Below, in pieces: positions 29,702 through 40,006 of a stretch of DNA of 64,000 bases; positions within the stretch are counted from its first letter, which is position 1, and each line of letters begins with the position of its first letter. Under the pieces are notes generated by a model, which was given only the letters and a program-made list of their open reading frames with translations, ran no database searches and was not told the DNA's origin. The DNA is from Alphaproteobacteria bacterium (lineage in GTDB: Bacteria > Pseudomonadota > Alphaproteobacteria > SP197): the NCBI GenBank assembly GCA_964291265.2, contig OZ219747.1:3616001-3680000 (forward strand), written 5' to 3'. Made by a program: the position numbers and the translations under genes.

Positions 29702-30149
29702 TCTCGAGGCCCGTCAGTCACGCGACCCGGGGCAAGCTCTCGAACAGACGCATCCGAGACAGTCCGCGCGGTACGCGGCAATCATCCGGAACAGCGCCCT
29801 CGGCGGACCCAGCCAGCGTAGCGCGATCGGGGACCGGCACGAGAAGGACGCCGTTGTTTCAGGCATGGGAGCGACGACCGGTCCTCCGCTTCCAACGCCT
29901 GAGCCGGTCGTCTGGAACCCTGAGGACAAGGCGGCTGCTTGAGCCAGTTTGAAGGCACTTCCCATGTCCTCCTGAACTGACCCCGGATTGCCGCCTCGCG
30001 GTTCTGCAGCCGTTCAGGCTCACGGAGCGAAGCGCGCACATCGTGCGCGACGGTGCCCGACGTCCCGGGACCTGCCATTCGAGTACTTCCGCCCGAGTCG
30101 ACAAGTCGACGATCTCACCCGCGTTCCGGACGGACAACTCGGCTGCATC

Positions 30150-30420
30150 TGTTGATGGCTGCATAGAACGGCGGGATTTCGGCAATTCACCGCGCTATTC
30201 CGTGATCGTATTCCGTCCCTGTTGTCACGGTTCGAGTATTCATCTGGTTGTCTCTGTGAGCGTCGCCCGTTTTCTTCCCTATTGTCGTTTCGGTCCGGTT
30301 CCGGTCTTTGTGCCGGCATCTGAGCCGAGCTCCCGGCGGTTGCCGGGAGCGTACCGGTTCCGGGACTGTCACGCGATCGTTTGCCCTTTCTGTCGTCGGC
30401 TCCTGCTGTCCGGACCCAGT
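30150..30420 (+). repeat. 34-bp terminus, copy 4 (30150-30183), plus about 240 bp homologous to 27013-27290
   Basis: Exact 34-mer followed by a diverged segment rich in (C/G)TTGTC-like motifs. Confidence 0.8.
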
Positions 30421-30834
30421 GCCAGATCGGCATCGCGAAAAAACGATGCAGTACCGGGCAGAGTTTCACTCGACACCCCTCCGGTGCAGTACCGGGGTGA
30501 GCCGGTCACGGGAGACCACACCGTTCAGCATTGTCAGGATGAAGTTTCGTGTGGAACGCGGTGATGAGATCATGCACCGCAAGGTTGCTCGGCGTGTTCG
30601 TCATGGTGGCCCCTGGACGGAGCTGAAGCCCCGAAAGCCTGACGGGACTTCGGGGTGCGGGCGCTCCCTGTCGCGGCCATATCCTTCGTCCCTTGCTTGT
30701 GGAAAGGCAGGCGGATAGCGTGGTCGTTGTGTTCAGGCGGGACCGTTTCGGGACATCGGGAGCCACGGCAAGGTAAGTAAGGTTCCGCGCCCCCGCATCA
30801 ACCGCAGGTTCCGGCGCCGCGAAGGAAGAGACCG

Positions 30835-32397
30835 ATGAGCCGCCGCCGTCTTCCGATCGGGATCCAGGACTTCCTGACGATCCGTAGCGAAGACTTCTAC
30901 TACGTGGACAAGACCTCGCTCGTCCGGCGTCTGGTGGACGAGGGGCGCCACTACTTCCTGTCGCGTCCGCGCCGTTTCGGCAAGAGCCTGCTGCTCGACA
31001 CCCTGGGATCGCTGTTTGCCTGCCACGAACCCCTGTTCCGGGGCCTAGACATCCACCCCCGCTGGGACTGGTCGGCGCCGCATCCTGTGGTGCGGCTGAG
31101 CTTCGACGGAAAATACAACGAACCCGAAGACATCGAGCGCAACATTCTCAACCAGCTGGCGATCATCGAACATGGCGCCGGCCTCGACGAGGTGCCGGTC
31201 GCCAACACGGGTCCGGAGCGTTTGCAGAATGTCCTCTATCACCTGCGTTGCGCCACCGGCCGGCAGGTGGTGGTGCTGGTGGACGAGTACGACAAGCCGA
31301 TCCTTGACGTGCTCCACGATCCCGAACTCGCGAGGGCCAACCGGGACTACCTGCGCGGCTTCTACGGTATCGTCAAGGGCAGCGCCAGGCATGTCCGCTT
31401 CGTCTTCGTCACCGGTGTCAGCATGTTCTCGAAGGTCAGCCTGTTCTCGGGTCTCAACAACCTGAAGGACATCAGCCTCGATCCGCGCTTCGCCACGATC
31501 TGCGGCTACCGCGAGGAGGATCTCGACCGTGTGTTCGGCCCCGAGCTGGCGGGTCTGGACCGCGAGAAAGTCCGCACCTGGTACAACGGCTACCACTGGC
31601 GGGGCGGGGAGCGGGTCTACAATCCCTATGACGTGCTCCTGCTGCTCGACAGCCGCGAGTTCCGTCCCTACTGGTTCGAGACCGGGTCGCCGGACTTTCT
31701 GTTCCGCATGCTGATGGAGAAGTCGGTGAGTCCGATGGAACTGGAGGGGCGGCTGGCGGGCACGTCCCTGGTCTCCAAGTTCGATGTCGACGACATCGCC
31801 ATCGAGGCCCTGCTCTTCCAGACCGGCTACCTGACCATCGCGGGGGAGGAGCGGGACGAGTTCGACGCTCTCTACCGGCTGGACTATCCCAACCTTGAGG
31901 TCCGCATCAGCCTGAACCGCGGACTGCTTGCCTGGCTGAGCAGGAAGGGGGTCGAGCCGCTGGAGCGGGGCCGGGAGTTCTGCGCCCTGCTGGAGGCGAA
32001 CGACTTCGCCGGCTTCGGCGAGAAGCTCCGCGCCTGGCTTGCGGGCATTCCCTACCAGTGGCATGCGAAGGGCGACCTGGCGCGCTACGAGGCCTGGTAC
32101 GCGAGCCTTCTCTACATGTGCCTGCGTTCGGTCGGGGTGGACCTGAGCGTGGAGGAGGCCTCGCACCGCGGCCGTGCGGACATGGTGGTGCGCCTCGGCG
32201 GTCAGGTCTTCGTGCTGGAGTTCAAGATGGCCGAGGGCGAGGGGGACGGCGCTGCGGCGCTGGATGCGGCGCTGGCGCAGATGCGCGAGCGGGGCTATGC
32301 CGAGACCTACCGCGACCACGCCGGCCCGGTCCACCTCGTCGGCGTGGCCTGCGGTCGCGAGGCGCGCAACCTCCTCGACATCCGCGCCGAGACCTGA
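30835..32397 (+). CDS. AAA-ATPase-like protein with C-terminal PD-(D/E)XK nuclease (PDDEXK_9/DUF1703)
   Basis: LPIGIQDF, YYVDKT, SRPRRFGKSL, VLVDEYDKP, WYNGY, GRADM...VLEFK. Confidence 0.93.
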   Translation: MSRRRLPIGIQDFLTIRSEDFYYVDKTSLVRRLVDEGRHYFLSRPRRFGKSLLLDTLGSLFACHEPLFRGLDIHPRWDWSAPHPVVRLSFDGKYNEPEDIERNILNQLAIIEHGAGLDEVPVANTGPERLQNVLYHLRCATGRQVVVLVDEYDKPILDVLHDPELARANRDYLRGFYGIVKGSARHVRFVFVTGVSMFSKVSLFSGLNNLKDISLDPRFATICGYREEDLDRVFGPELAGLDREKVRTWYNGYHWRGGERVYNPYDVLLLLDSREFRPYWFETGSPDFLFRMLMEKSVSPMELEGRLAGTSLVSKFDVDDIAIEALLFQTGYLTIAGEERDEFDALYRLDYPNLEVRISLNRGLLAWLSRKGVEPLERGREFCALLEANDFAGFGEKLRAWLAGIPYQWHAKGDLARYEAWYASLLYMCLRSVGVDLSVEEASHRGRADMVVRLGGQVFVLEFKMAEGEGDGAAALDAALAQMRERGYAETYRDHAGPVHLVGVACGREARNLLDIRAET

Positions 32398-33042
32398 ATG
32401 AGCGGCGCCCGCGAACGCCTGCCTGACATCACGTCCCATCCCGGATCCTTTCAGCCGATGCGCCCATCCCGTGCGCCGCTGTTTCACCACGCTGTCCGCG
32501 GCGCCGGGTGCATCACCTCCGACAGCATGCGACACGCATCACGAGGAATTGTCGAGACGGCAAGCCGGTGCTCCTGGTACGTGGTGTCGGAGAGCGACTC
32601 AGAGCATGAGAGTCCTGGCAGGTGCCTTGTCCGCATGGGTGCATCGAGGTGGTGTCTGTGGAACGTGATGTGGGGAGCTTCAGGCTTTTGCGCGGAGTCT
32701 TGTCCTGACGTTCTCCGGCCTCGTCGTGGTTCGTCGGGCGGGACGACCTCGAGGCTGGAGAGCTTACGGTTTCTGTTGCGCTGGGCGAAGAGGCTGCGTG
32801 CGTTGCGGTGGCGGCGGCGCAGGGTGCGGCAGGCGTCGAGTGTTTTCGGGCGGATGCTGCGACCTGTGAGTCAGTCCGGCGGCGGATCGGGCGTCGCTGC
32901 GGCTCAGAGGCTGCGGCAGTCTCGTGATGCGGTGTCGTTTGGACGGCCCGGGTGTTTCCCGGGGAGGCTGAGCGGCGCGTCGGGGTGAGACGTTCTCATT
33001 CCTGGATGGTAACGCGTGACCGCGTTCAAGGGTCTTGCGGGA

Positions 33043-33333
33043 TCACGTATCCCTTCCGTAGCCGCGTGGCGGTTCGATGTCCTCGAGGGCCTCGATGTCG
33101 GCATCGGCGACGATCTGCAGGCGTTCTCCGTAAGGCGTGTCACGGAGGCTTTCGGGGATGCTGTCGAGGTGGTCACGCCATTCGTCCTACAGGGCGCGCA
33201 GTTCGGCCACGGCGTCGTTCCAGCGTTGCGGTCGCGAGCGCCGGTCACGGTGCTTTGGGGTGTGGACGGGAGGGATGCCGGCCTTGCGCCGTTCCCGGTA
33301 TCGCCGCTGCTTTTCGGCGGGCGTGAGGGGCAT
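33043..33333 (-). pseudogene. Small mobile-element hypothetical protein with an internal TAG stop
   Basis: MPLTPAEKQRRYRER...RSRPQRWNDAVAELRAL*DEWRDHLDSIPESL...IEPPRGYGRDT; stop at 33187-33189. Confidence 0.6.
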
Positions 33334-33519
33334 GAGTGGTCTCCTGACAACAATCGATGAGCCATGCACGTGTCGGGAGCGATATGGCGGCCATTCATCG
33401 GCGTCTCGCGTCGTCCGGGACTCTTCGATACCTCTGGGCGTCCCTGGACAATGCCCGCGAGCCCGCGGCAGGCCGGACGCCCCGCCACGTGACGGGTCTG
33501 AGCCTGGTCAGAGTTTAAC

Positions 33520-35469
33520 CCGAAGTTCCGGACGATTTCAGCGGCAGAGTCACGATAACCGGTTGATTGTGTTGGCAAAATAGCGCGATGATGGCGCGAG
33601 AATGTTCCCATGTAACGGCGAAGTTTTCCCTTGACACGGTGGGCTTACGCCCCCATATACGTTGCCATGTACGTAGACATCGTCCCCAACCGTAACTCAC
33701 CCCCCGCCGTCCTCCTGCGAGAGGGATGGCGCGAGAACGGCAAGGTCAAGAAGCGCACCATCGCCAATCTCTCCTCCTGGCCCATGGAAAAGGTCGAGAC
33801 CCTGCGGCGGTTCTTGAAGAACGAACCCCTCGTCGGTCGTGACGACGCCTTCGACATCGTCCGCTCCCTACCCCATGGGCATGTCGCCGCGGTGCTGGGA
33901 ACCCTGAAGAAGCTGGGACTGGACAGGCTGATCGACCCGAAGCCCTCGCCTGAGCGCGATCAGGTCCTGGCCATGATCGTGGCACGCATCCTCGAGCCCG
34001 CCTCGAAGCTGGCCACGGCCAGGGGGCTGGCCGAGGCCACGGCGGTCAGCACCCTGGGCGAGGTCCTCGATGCGGAGATGGACGAGGACGCCCTCTACGG
34101 CGCCATGGACTGGCTCCTGGAGCGTCAGGAGAGGATCGAGCGGTCCCTGGCGAAGCGGCGCCTCGAAGAGGGCTGCCTGGTGCTCTATGACCTGACCTCG
34201 GTATGGATGGAGGGGAGAGCGTGTCCCCTGGCCAGGAGGGGTCATTCCCGGGATGGCAAGAAGGGCAAGCTGCAGATCGAGTTCGGCCTTCTGTGCGATC
34301 GGGACGGCTGTCCAGTGTCGGTGGAAGTGTTCCCCGGCAACACGGCGGACCCCGGGACGGTGGCATCACAGATCACCACGCTGCAGGAGCGCTTCTCCCT
34401 GGCGAAGGTGGTGCTGGTGGGAGACCGGGGGATGCTGACCGAGGCGCGCATACGCGAGGAGGTGAAGCCTGCGGGCCTGGACTGGATCAGCGCCTTGAGG
34501 GGACCGGCCATCCGCGCCCTTGTGGAGGCCGGCGACGTCGAGATGTCGCTCTTCGACGAGAGGGACCTGGTGGAGATCACCAGCGATGCGTATCCCGGCG
34601 AACGCCTCATGGTCTGCCGCAACCCCCTGCTGGCCGAGGACCGGGCCCGCAAGCGCCAGGAACTGCTCGAGGCCACCGAGGCCCTGCTTGAACCGATCGC
34701 CGCAGCGACACGGCGCGACAAGCGCCGTCTCAAGGGTGCCGACAAGATCGGGGAGCGGGTCGGCAAGGTCATCGGTAAATACAAGATGGCGAAGCACTTC
34801 ACGTGGTCCATCGACGACGAGGGTGTCTTCACCTATGGGCGCGATGAGGCTGCCATCGCCGCCGAGGCCAGGCTCGACGGCCTCTACGTGATCCGCACCA
34901 GCCTGCCGCAGAGCGAGCTCGACGGTCCCGGCACAGTGCGCGCCTACAAGCGGTTGAGTTCGGTGGAACGGGCCTTCCGCAGCCTGAAGACCGTGGATCT
35001 GAAGGTCCGCCCCGTCTACCACCGCACCGAACCCCGGGTCCGCGCCCATGTCTTCCTGTGCATGCTCGCCTACTACGTTGAATGGCACATGCGCCAGAGA
35101 CTGAAGCCCATGCTGTTCGACGACGAGGATGCCGAAGGCGCCGAGGCCCGGCGGCCGTCCGTCGTGGCGCCGGCAGAAGTCTCGGCGAGCGCCCGGGCCA
35201 AGGCGGCAACGAAGAGGACGCCCGGGGGTGATCCGGTGCACAGTTTCCGCACCCTCCTCGATGATCTCGCGACCATCACCCGCAACACCGTGGCGCCCCG
35301 CCTTGCGGGCGCCAAACCCTTCCAGGTCACCACGCGGCCCACGCCGCTCCAGAAAAAGGCCCTGGACTACCTCGGCATACGCCTGCAGCGTTCCCAGTAG
35401 CGACACACCCGATTTTTTCAAACGTCAATACATTCATAACGATACGTCTGATCGGTTCTGGAACTTCGG
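33520..35469 (+). mobile_element. IS1634-family element, copy A, 1950 bp
   Basis: IRs CCGAAGTTCC...GGAACTTCGG; 6-bp DR TTTAAC. Confidence 0.93.
33667..35400 (+). CDS. IS1634-family transposase
   Basis: MYVDIVPNRNSPPAVLLRE, LYDLTS, VGDRGM, YKRLSSVERAFRSLK, RVRAHVFLCMLAY. Confidence 0.93.
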   Translation: MYVDIVPNRNSPPAVLLREGWRENGKVKKRTIANLSSWPMEKVETLRRFLKNEPLVGRDDAFDIVRSLPHGHVAAVLGTLKKLGLDRLIDPKPSPERDQVLAMIVARILEPASKLATARGLAEATAVSTLGEVLDAEMDEDALYGAMDWLLERQERIERSLAKRRLEEGCLVLYDLTSVWMEGRACPLARRGHSRDGKKGKLQIEFGLLCDRDGCPVSVEVFPGNTADPGTVASQITTLQERFSLAKVVLVGDRGMLTEARIREEVKPAGLDWISALRGPAIRALVEAGDVEMSLFDERDLVEITSDAYPGERLMVCRNPLLAEDRARKRQELLEATEALLEPIAAATRRDKRRLKGADKIGERVGKVIGKYKMAKHFTWSIDDEGVFTYGRDEAAIAAEARLDGLYVIRTSLPQSELDGPGTVRAYKRLSSVERAFRSLKTVDLKVRPVYHRTEPRVRAHVFLCMLAYYVEWHMRQRLKPMLFDDEDAEGAEARRPSVVAPAEVSASARAKAATKRTPGGDPVHSFRTLLDDLATITRNTVAPRLAGAKPFQVTTRPTPLQKKALDYLGIRLQRSQ

Positions 35470-35548
35470 TTTAACAAGTGGCCGTCTTGCGTTGACGAAC
35501 CCCATCGGCCATCATGGCTCATCCACTCGATCAGGCGGAGTTCATCCC

Positions 35549-35911
35549 ATGACAAGGAAGCCCGTGCGGCTCAAGCACGACGGCCATGCCGGAGGACTGG
35601 TGGCGTCCGATCTCATTCCCCAGGAAGCCTTCACCTCCGGCGACACGACCGAACTGGTATCCGAAGCCTGGACGGCCGACGACGGCAGCGTCCTCACCGG
35701 CGTGTGGGCCTGCGCGCCGTGCCGCGTGGACATCGATGCCTATCCGGTCAACGAGATGATGACCGTGATCGAGGGATCCGTCACGGTCACCGACGATACC
35801 GGCAAGGCCGAGACCTATGCCAAGGGCGACACGTTCTTCATTCCCAAGGGCACCCAGTGCACCTGGGAAATCACCAGCGCACTCCGCAAGTTTTACATGA
35901 TTGCCGCCTGA
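35549..35911 (+). CDS. Cupin (EutQ/DUF861-like) protein
   Basis: TGVWACAP...EMMTVIEGSVTV...GDTFFIPKG..CTW....LRKFY; RBS GGAG. Confidence 0.88.
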   Translation: MTRKPVRLKHDGHAGGLVASDLIPQEAFTSGDTTELVSEAWTADDGSVLTGVWACAPCRVDIDAYPVNEMMTVIEGSVTVTDDTGKAETYAKGDTFFIPKGTQCTWEITSALRKFYMIAA

Positions 35912-35913
35912 CC

Positions 35914-38127
35914 TCAGGGATCCGGCATACCGACAGGCATCTCGAAGGGTTTCGGGTCGAGGAAGCGGTTCAGCACGTTGCCGCTGACCCTTGCCACATT
36001 GTTCTGCCAGCCGGCGTGCGGCAGGCTCGCGCCCCAGGCGATGGATCCGGTGGAGAAGACGGCGCCACCCGATGGCGTCTCGAAGAATGTCATGTCGGCG
36101 CGGATGTCCGGATTCTGGACTCCGTCCATGGCGCTGTGATGGAAGCCGGTTTCGTCAGGCACCAGCCAAGTGTCGGCTGAATGATCTTCCGAGCGGGCGA
36201 CGACAAGGGCATGGCGGGGTGTGCCCAACCGGGGATCGGTGGCGTCGATCTCCGAACCGCTGGCGCCACCACCCTGGATGCCGAAGGTACCGATCAACTC
36301 GTCCGGACCGATGCCCTCGAAGATGAAGGACGCCCGCGGATCGAGGCTTTCCGGGGTGCGCCGGTAGAACCCCGAGCGATCGAACCCCACGGCCACGGTT
36401 CCGACACCGACGAGCGCCTGGGGCGCCATGCCGAGGCGCCGCCACAGCCCGCCATACTCTCCGGTGAACTCCAGGTAGTATTCGCCGGGTTCTTCGTCAC
36501 GGTAGCGGATGCCGTCCTCGGCGCGACGCAGTTCCAGGGCCCCCGGCCATTCGTCCGAAAAGGCGCAACGCCAGATGAAACCGTTGCCTCCGAGATAGGC
36601 AAAGCGACCACCTTGTGAAAGGTATCCACGCATGCCATCCCACATCGGTGTCGTGTAGTACTCGGGATGGGTTCCCGTGACCACTGCCCGGTAGGGCTGC
36701 AGGAGTTCAGCCCCTTCCCGGTGCAGATCCTCGTCGGTGATGACATCGAAAGCGAAACCACAGTGCTCGAGCCAGGCCAGAATGTGGGTGTCTGGATTGA
36801 AGCTCCACAGAGGCGTGCGCGGCGCCATGTTGAGGACCGGGCGCAGCCTGGAAGCGTAGCGAACGCCGGAGCCGTCGGCATGGGTGTCATAGGTTGACAG
36901 GCCAAACTCCTCATGCTCCTGCAGGAAGACATCGTTGGGCGACAGCGTGGTCCAGAAGGTCTCGGTTACCTCCGCGAAGGGTTCGCTCATGTGCCAGCGA
37001 TAGTTGCCGTAGGCCATGTAGGTCGCCGTCGAGGCCAGAAAGGCAAGCCTGGACGCCGCCCTTCCCGAAGGCGGCCGCACGAAGAAAGTGATGTGCCACT
37101 CGTCGTTTCCGGCCCTCAGCCTGGCGGCATAGACCCCGCTTGCCAGGGTGTCCGGCACGGTGAAGGTGAAGTCGGTCTCCCATCCGGCATCGTAGTGATC
37201 GTCTTCATGAAAGTGGATAGCTCCGTACTCCGAAGGCGCATGGCGCCAGTTCTGCTCCCGGCCCGACCAGTTGAATCCCTTGACGCCGCGTGACGGCAGG
37301 TTGACCGTCGAGCCGTGAAGGCGGTGGTACCCGGAGTCCGTGACCCGTGCCCGACCGATGTCGCGCGAAAAGTCCCAGGCGCCCACCACAGCCGCTTCAC
37401 GTTCATGGGGAGAACCGGACCACGCCAGGACTTCGACCTCCCGTCGTTCAAGAGCCTGTCCGACAAGGATCGGCCGATCGATCTTGCCGTTGAAGTGACC
37501 ACTCCTGCCCGCCTCTCCGGCAGCGATGACAAGCGCCCCCGATGCCGGCCGGAAGCCGCCCTCACCGCTGGCCTCAGCGTTCTGCCCGGCCTCGACCTCG
37601 CTCGCCAGGCGCTGAAGACTGAGGCCAAGGGCGCCCTTCGCCGCATCGAAGGTGCCGGCGACAAGGTACCAGCGCCGGGACTCGAGCCTTGCCTCGAGGC
37701 TGAGTTCGTGGATGGCCCCGTCACCGGTCCTGAGGGCAAGCATGCCGGCAACCGTGATGACGAGGGCAAATCCGCGCGACGCCGCACCATCCCATAGGGT
37801 GATGATCCCCTGTTCGTGCCCGCCCGGCAGCGTGGGAAACACCCACGCCTGGATCGTGAAGCTCGCGAGACGCTCCAGGGGAGCCGCCGGTGGCACGATG
37901 ACGCACGAGCCTGCTGCCATCGCCTGGGTGCGACCCTCGTGAGTGCCGTTGAAAGGGGCCTCCATCTCCCCTTCGCGGAAGAGGTCGCGATGGGGATCGT
38001 CGTCGCCGCAGACGATGCGTACGAGATCGGCCCGGTACTCTGTTGCACCATAGGTGCTGACCATGAACTCGATGGTATCGCCTGCGGTGGCGCTCCACCG
38101 GTCGGCATAGCCGACGATCGTCTTCAT
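35914..38127 (-). CDS. N,N-dimethylformamidase large subunit family protein
   Basis: IVGYADRWS, LamG-like region, YGAIHFHEDD, TYMAYGN, GLSTYD.H.DG.G, GTHPEY, YLGGNGF, GGAVFSTGSI. Confidence 0.9.
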   Translation of the reverse strand: MKTIVGYADRWSATAGDTIEFMVSTYGATEYRADLVRIVCGDDDPHRDLFREGEMEAPFNGTHEGRTQAMAAGSCVIVPPAAPLERLASFTIQAWVFPTLPGGHEQGIITLWDGAASRGFALVITVAGMLALRTGDGAIHELSLEARLESRRWYLVAGTFDAAKGALGLSLQRLASEVEAGQNAEASGEGGFRPASGALVIAAGEAGRSGHFNGKIDRPILVGQALERREVEVLAWSGSPHEREAAVVGAWDFSRDIGRARVTDSGYHRLHGSTVNLPSRGVKGFNWSGREQNWRHAPSEYGAIHFHEDDHYDAGWETDFTFTVPDTLASGVYAARLRAGNDEWHITFFVRPPSGRAASRLAFLASTATYMAYGNYRWHMSEPFAEVTETFWTTLSPNDVFLQEHEEFGLSTYDTHADGSGVRYASRLRPVLNMAPRTPLWSFNPDTHILAWLEHCGFAFDVITDEDLHREGAELLQPYRAVVTGTHPEYYTTPMWDGMRGYLSQGGRFAYLGGNGFIWRCAFSDEWPGALELRRAEDGIRYRDEEPGEYYLEFTGEYGGLWRRLGMAPQALVGVGTVAVGFDRSGFYRRTPESLDPRASFIFEGIGPDELIGTFGIQGGGASGSEIDATDPRLGTPRHALVVARSEDHSADTWLVPDETGFHHSAMDGVQNPDIRADMTFFETPSGGAVFSTGSIAWGASLPHAGWQNNVARVSGNVLNRFLDPKPFEMPVGMPDP

Positions 38128-38432
38128 GGCCGCCTCCGGCCGGGGTCGATTCCCGTCACATGCTGCCAGCGTCGGCGAAAGACCTCGCGGCAGGCGTCGT
38201 CATGGTCTTCGAACACGGTTGCGTCGGTGAAGGCGACGGGCTCGCCTCTCGCCGGCATCCGCGCCAGGCGCCATCCGCCCCCTGCCCCGATCTTCACCAG
38301 GATGACGCGTTGGGCCATCGGCAGCAGGCGAAGGCGATTGACCAGCAGTGCGAGTTCCGGGCTGTGGGGACCGCCCGGCTGCCGCATGTACTCCGCCACG
38401 AGATCCATGCGCTGGGGATTGACCTCGTACAT
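38124..38432 (-). CDS. N,N-dimethylformamidase small subunit family protein
   Basis: LVAEY...PGGPHSPELALLVNRLR...EVFRRRW; ATGA overlap with the large subunit. Confidence 0.8.
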   Translation of the reverse strand: MYEVNPQRMDLVAEYMRQPGGPHSPELALLVNRLRLLPMAQRVILVKIGAGGGWRLARMPARGEPVAFTDATVFEDHDDACREVFRRRWQHVTGIDPGRRRP

Positions 38433-38481
38433 GGCTTGGGGTTCTCCCCTATCACGACAGGCCATCCGTGATGCAACATCA

Positions 38482-38901
38482 TCATGGCGTCAAGCAGACA
38501 ACCACCAGAAGCCGCAGAAGCACCTTCTGCAAGCTGCCGGAATCGAAGGCGTTGAACAGGTCCGAAAACGCATCGTGGCTCGGAATGCCGTGCTTCAAGC
38601 TCATGAAACGGCGCAGAAACCCCTCCTTGGCCCGACCGAACCGCTCCATGTCCGCGCATCCCTCCCCGCCGCACAAGGTCGAAAGCAACGCAATCATCAG
38701 CATCTCGTGCAGCGAATGGCGCGTCGCATTGCTGCGACGCGGGTCCGCAACCCCTTCGAATACGGACGAAAACTCTTCCATCCCACACCTCCACTCTCCA
38801 GAAACCCAAGCGTGATCGACGTCCGGCGGTACCAACCGGCATGCATGCCGCGCCGCGCAAAATTTTTTACATCATGCCACAGGGTGCGCATGCGGGGCCT
38901 G
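38482..38901 (-). pseudogene. ISAs1-family left end and N-terminal transposase fragment
   Basis: VFEGVADPRR...HSLHEML...GIPSHDAFS; CAGG-type end near 38901. Confidence 0.85.
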
Positions 38902-39174
38902 CCTGTAAGCGTTCGGTCGCGCAGTGATTGTTGGTGATATTCACCGGTTGAGGATGAGTTTCCAGTCTTTGCGGAGAGGCCTCAGCCAGATGTCCTTTTT
39001 GGACGAAGGCCGCTTCGCGGCCTTGGGTGCTTGTGATCGAGCACTGTGCTGAGCAATCGATGTGAGCGGTTGTGTTGAGAGATCGACGTTCCTGATGTTT
39101 CGATGATCTGATCGAGGCACCACACTTCCTGGTCTCCCGACTGTTCGGGAGGGCCATCAACCAGGGAGTGAGAG

Positions 39175-39743
39175 ATGAAGGCAAAGGAAGTTTCGCCTCT
39201 GCGCCAGAAGACGATCGATGTGATGACGATGAAGGGTCTGTCGTCTGGCACGCAGGAGAACTATCTGCGTGAGATTACGATGTTCGACCTCTATACCGGA
39301 CATCAGCTGGAGAGTCAGACGGGCGAGGCGATCGGGGCCTGGATCCTGGAGCGGATTGGCAAGGGTCTGGCGCCGCGCACGACCAACGTCACGGTGACGG
39401 CGATCCGCCTGTTCTATGATAGTGTGCTCGGTCAGCCCGAGAAGGTCGAACATCTGCGTTGTCGCCGGGTTCCCGACCGCCTGCCGCGGACGATCCCTTC
39501 AAGAGGATGTCGAGCATCTGATCCAGGCGTTCACCGACGTACGCTACCGCACGGCAACCGTTGTTGCCTACGGCGCTGCGCTGCGCATCTCGGAAGTGGT
39601 GTCGCTGCAGGTCACGGACATCCGCCGTGAGCAAGGTCTCCTGCACATCCGCGAGGGCAAGGGCCACCACGAGCGCATGGCCTATCTGCCCGACGCCGTG
39701 CTCAAGGAACTGGAGCGCTACTGGAAGACCACCTGGCCACGTC
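39175..39743 (+). pseudogene. Tyrosine recombinase (IS91-associated type), frameshifted and truncated by ISAs1
   Basis: SPLRQKTIDVMTMKGLS..TQENY; after a frameshift AYGAALRISEV..L...DI...LLHIREGKG..ER; HxxR and Tyr are missing. Confidence 0.85.
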
Positions 39744-40006
39744 CAGGACCATTCTTTTGTCAGTCCTGTGGATTGTTGATGTGACAGGGACCGGCATGGT
39801 TGAGGCGCCCGGGTTCACTGTGGGCTGGTTTCAGTGGGCACTGCTGGTGCATCAGGGCTCACCAGGCACGTTTTTTCGAGTGTGCGAACAGAGCTGTCCT
39901 GTTGCGCCGTCAGGCGGCGCGTTCCCGGCTTGTGGCGCGGGGTCAGGAGCGAAGGTTCATCCGCCGGGCGGGATGAGGATAGCGTCGAGTGCGTCCTGGG
40001 CGCGAG

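Noticed and set aside
32398-33000. 196-aa + strand ORF
   Set aside because: No motifs; the region looks like degraded minus-strand element sequence that I could not assign
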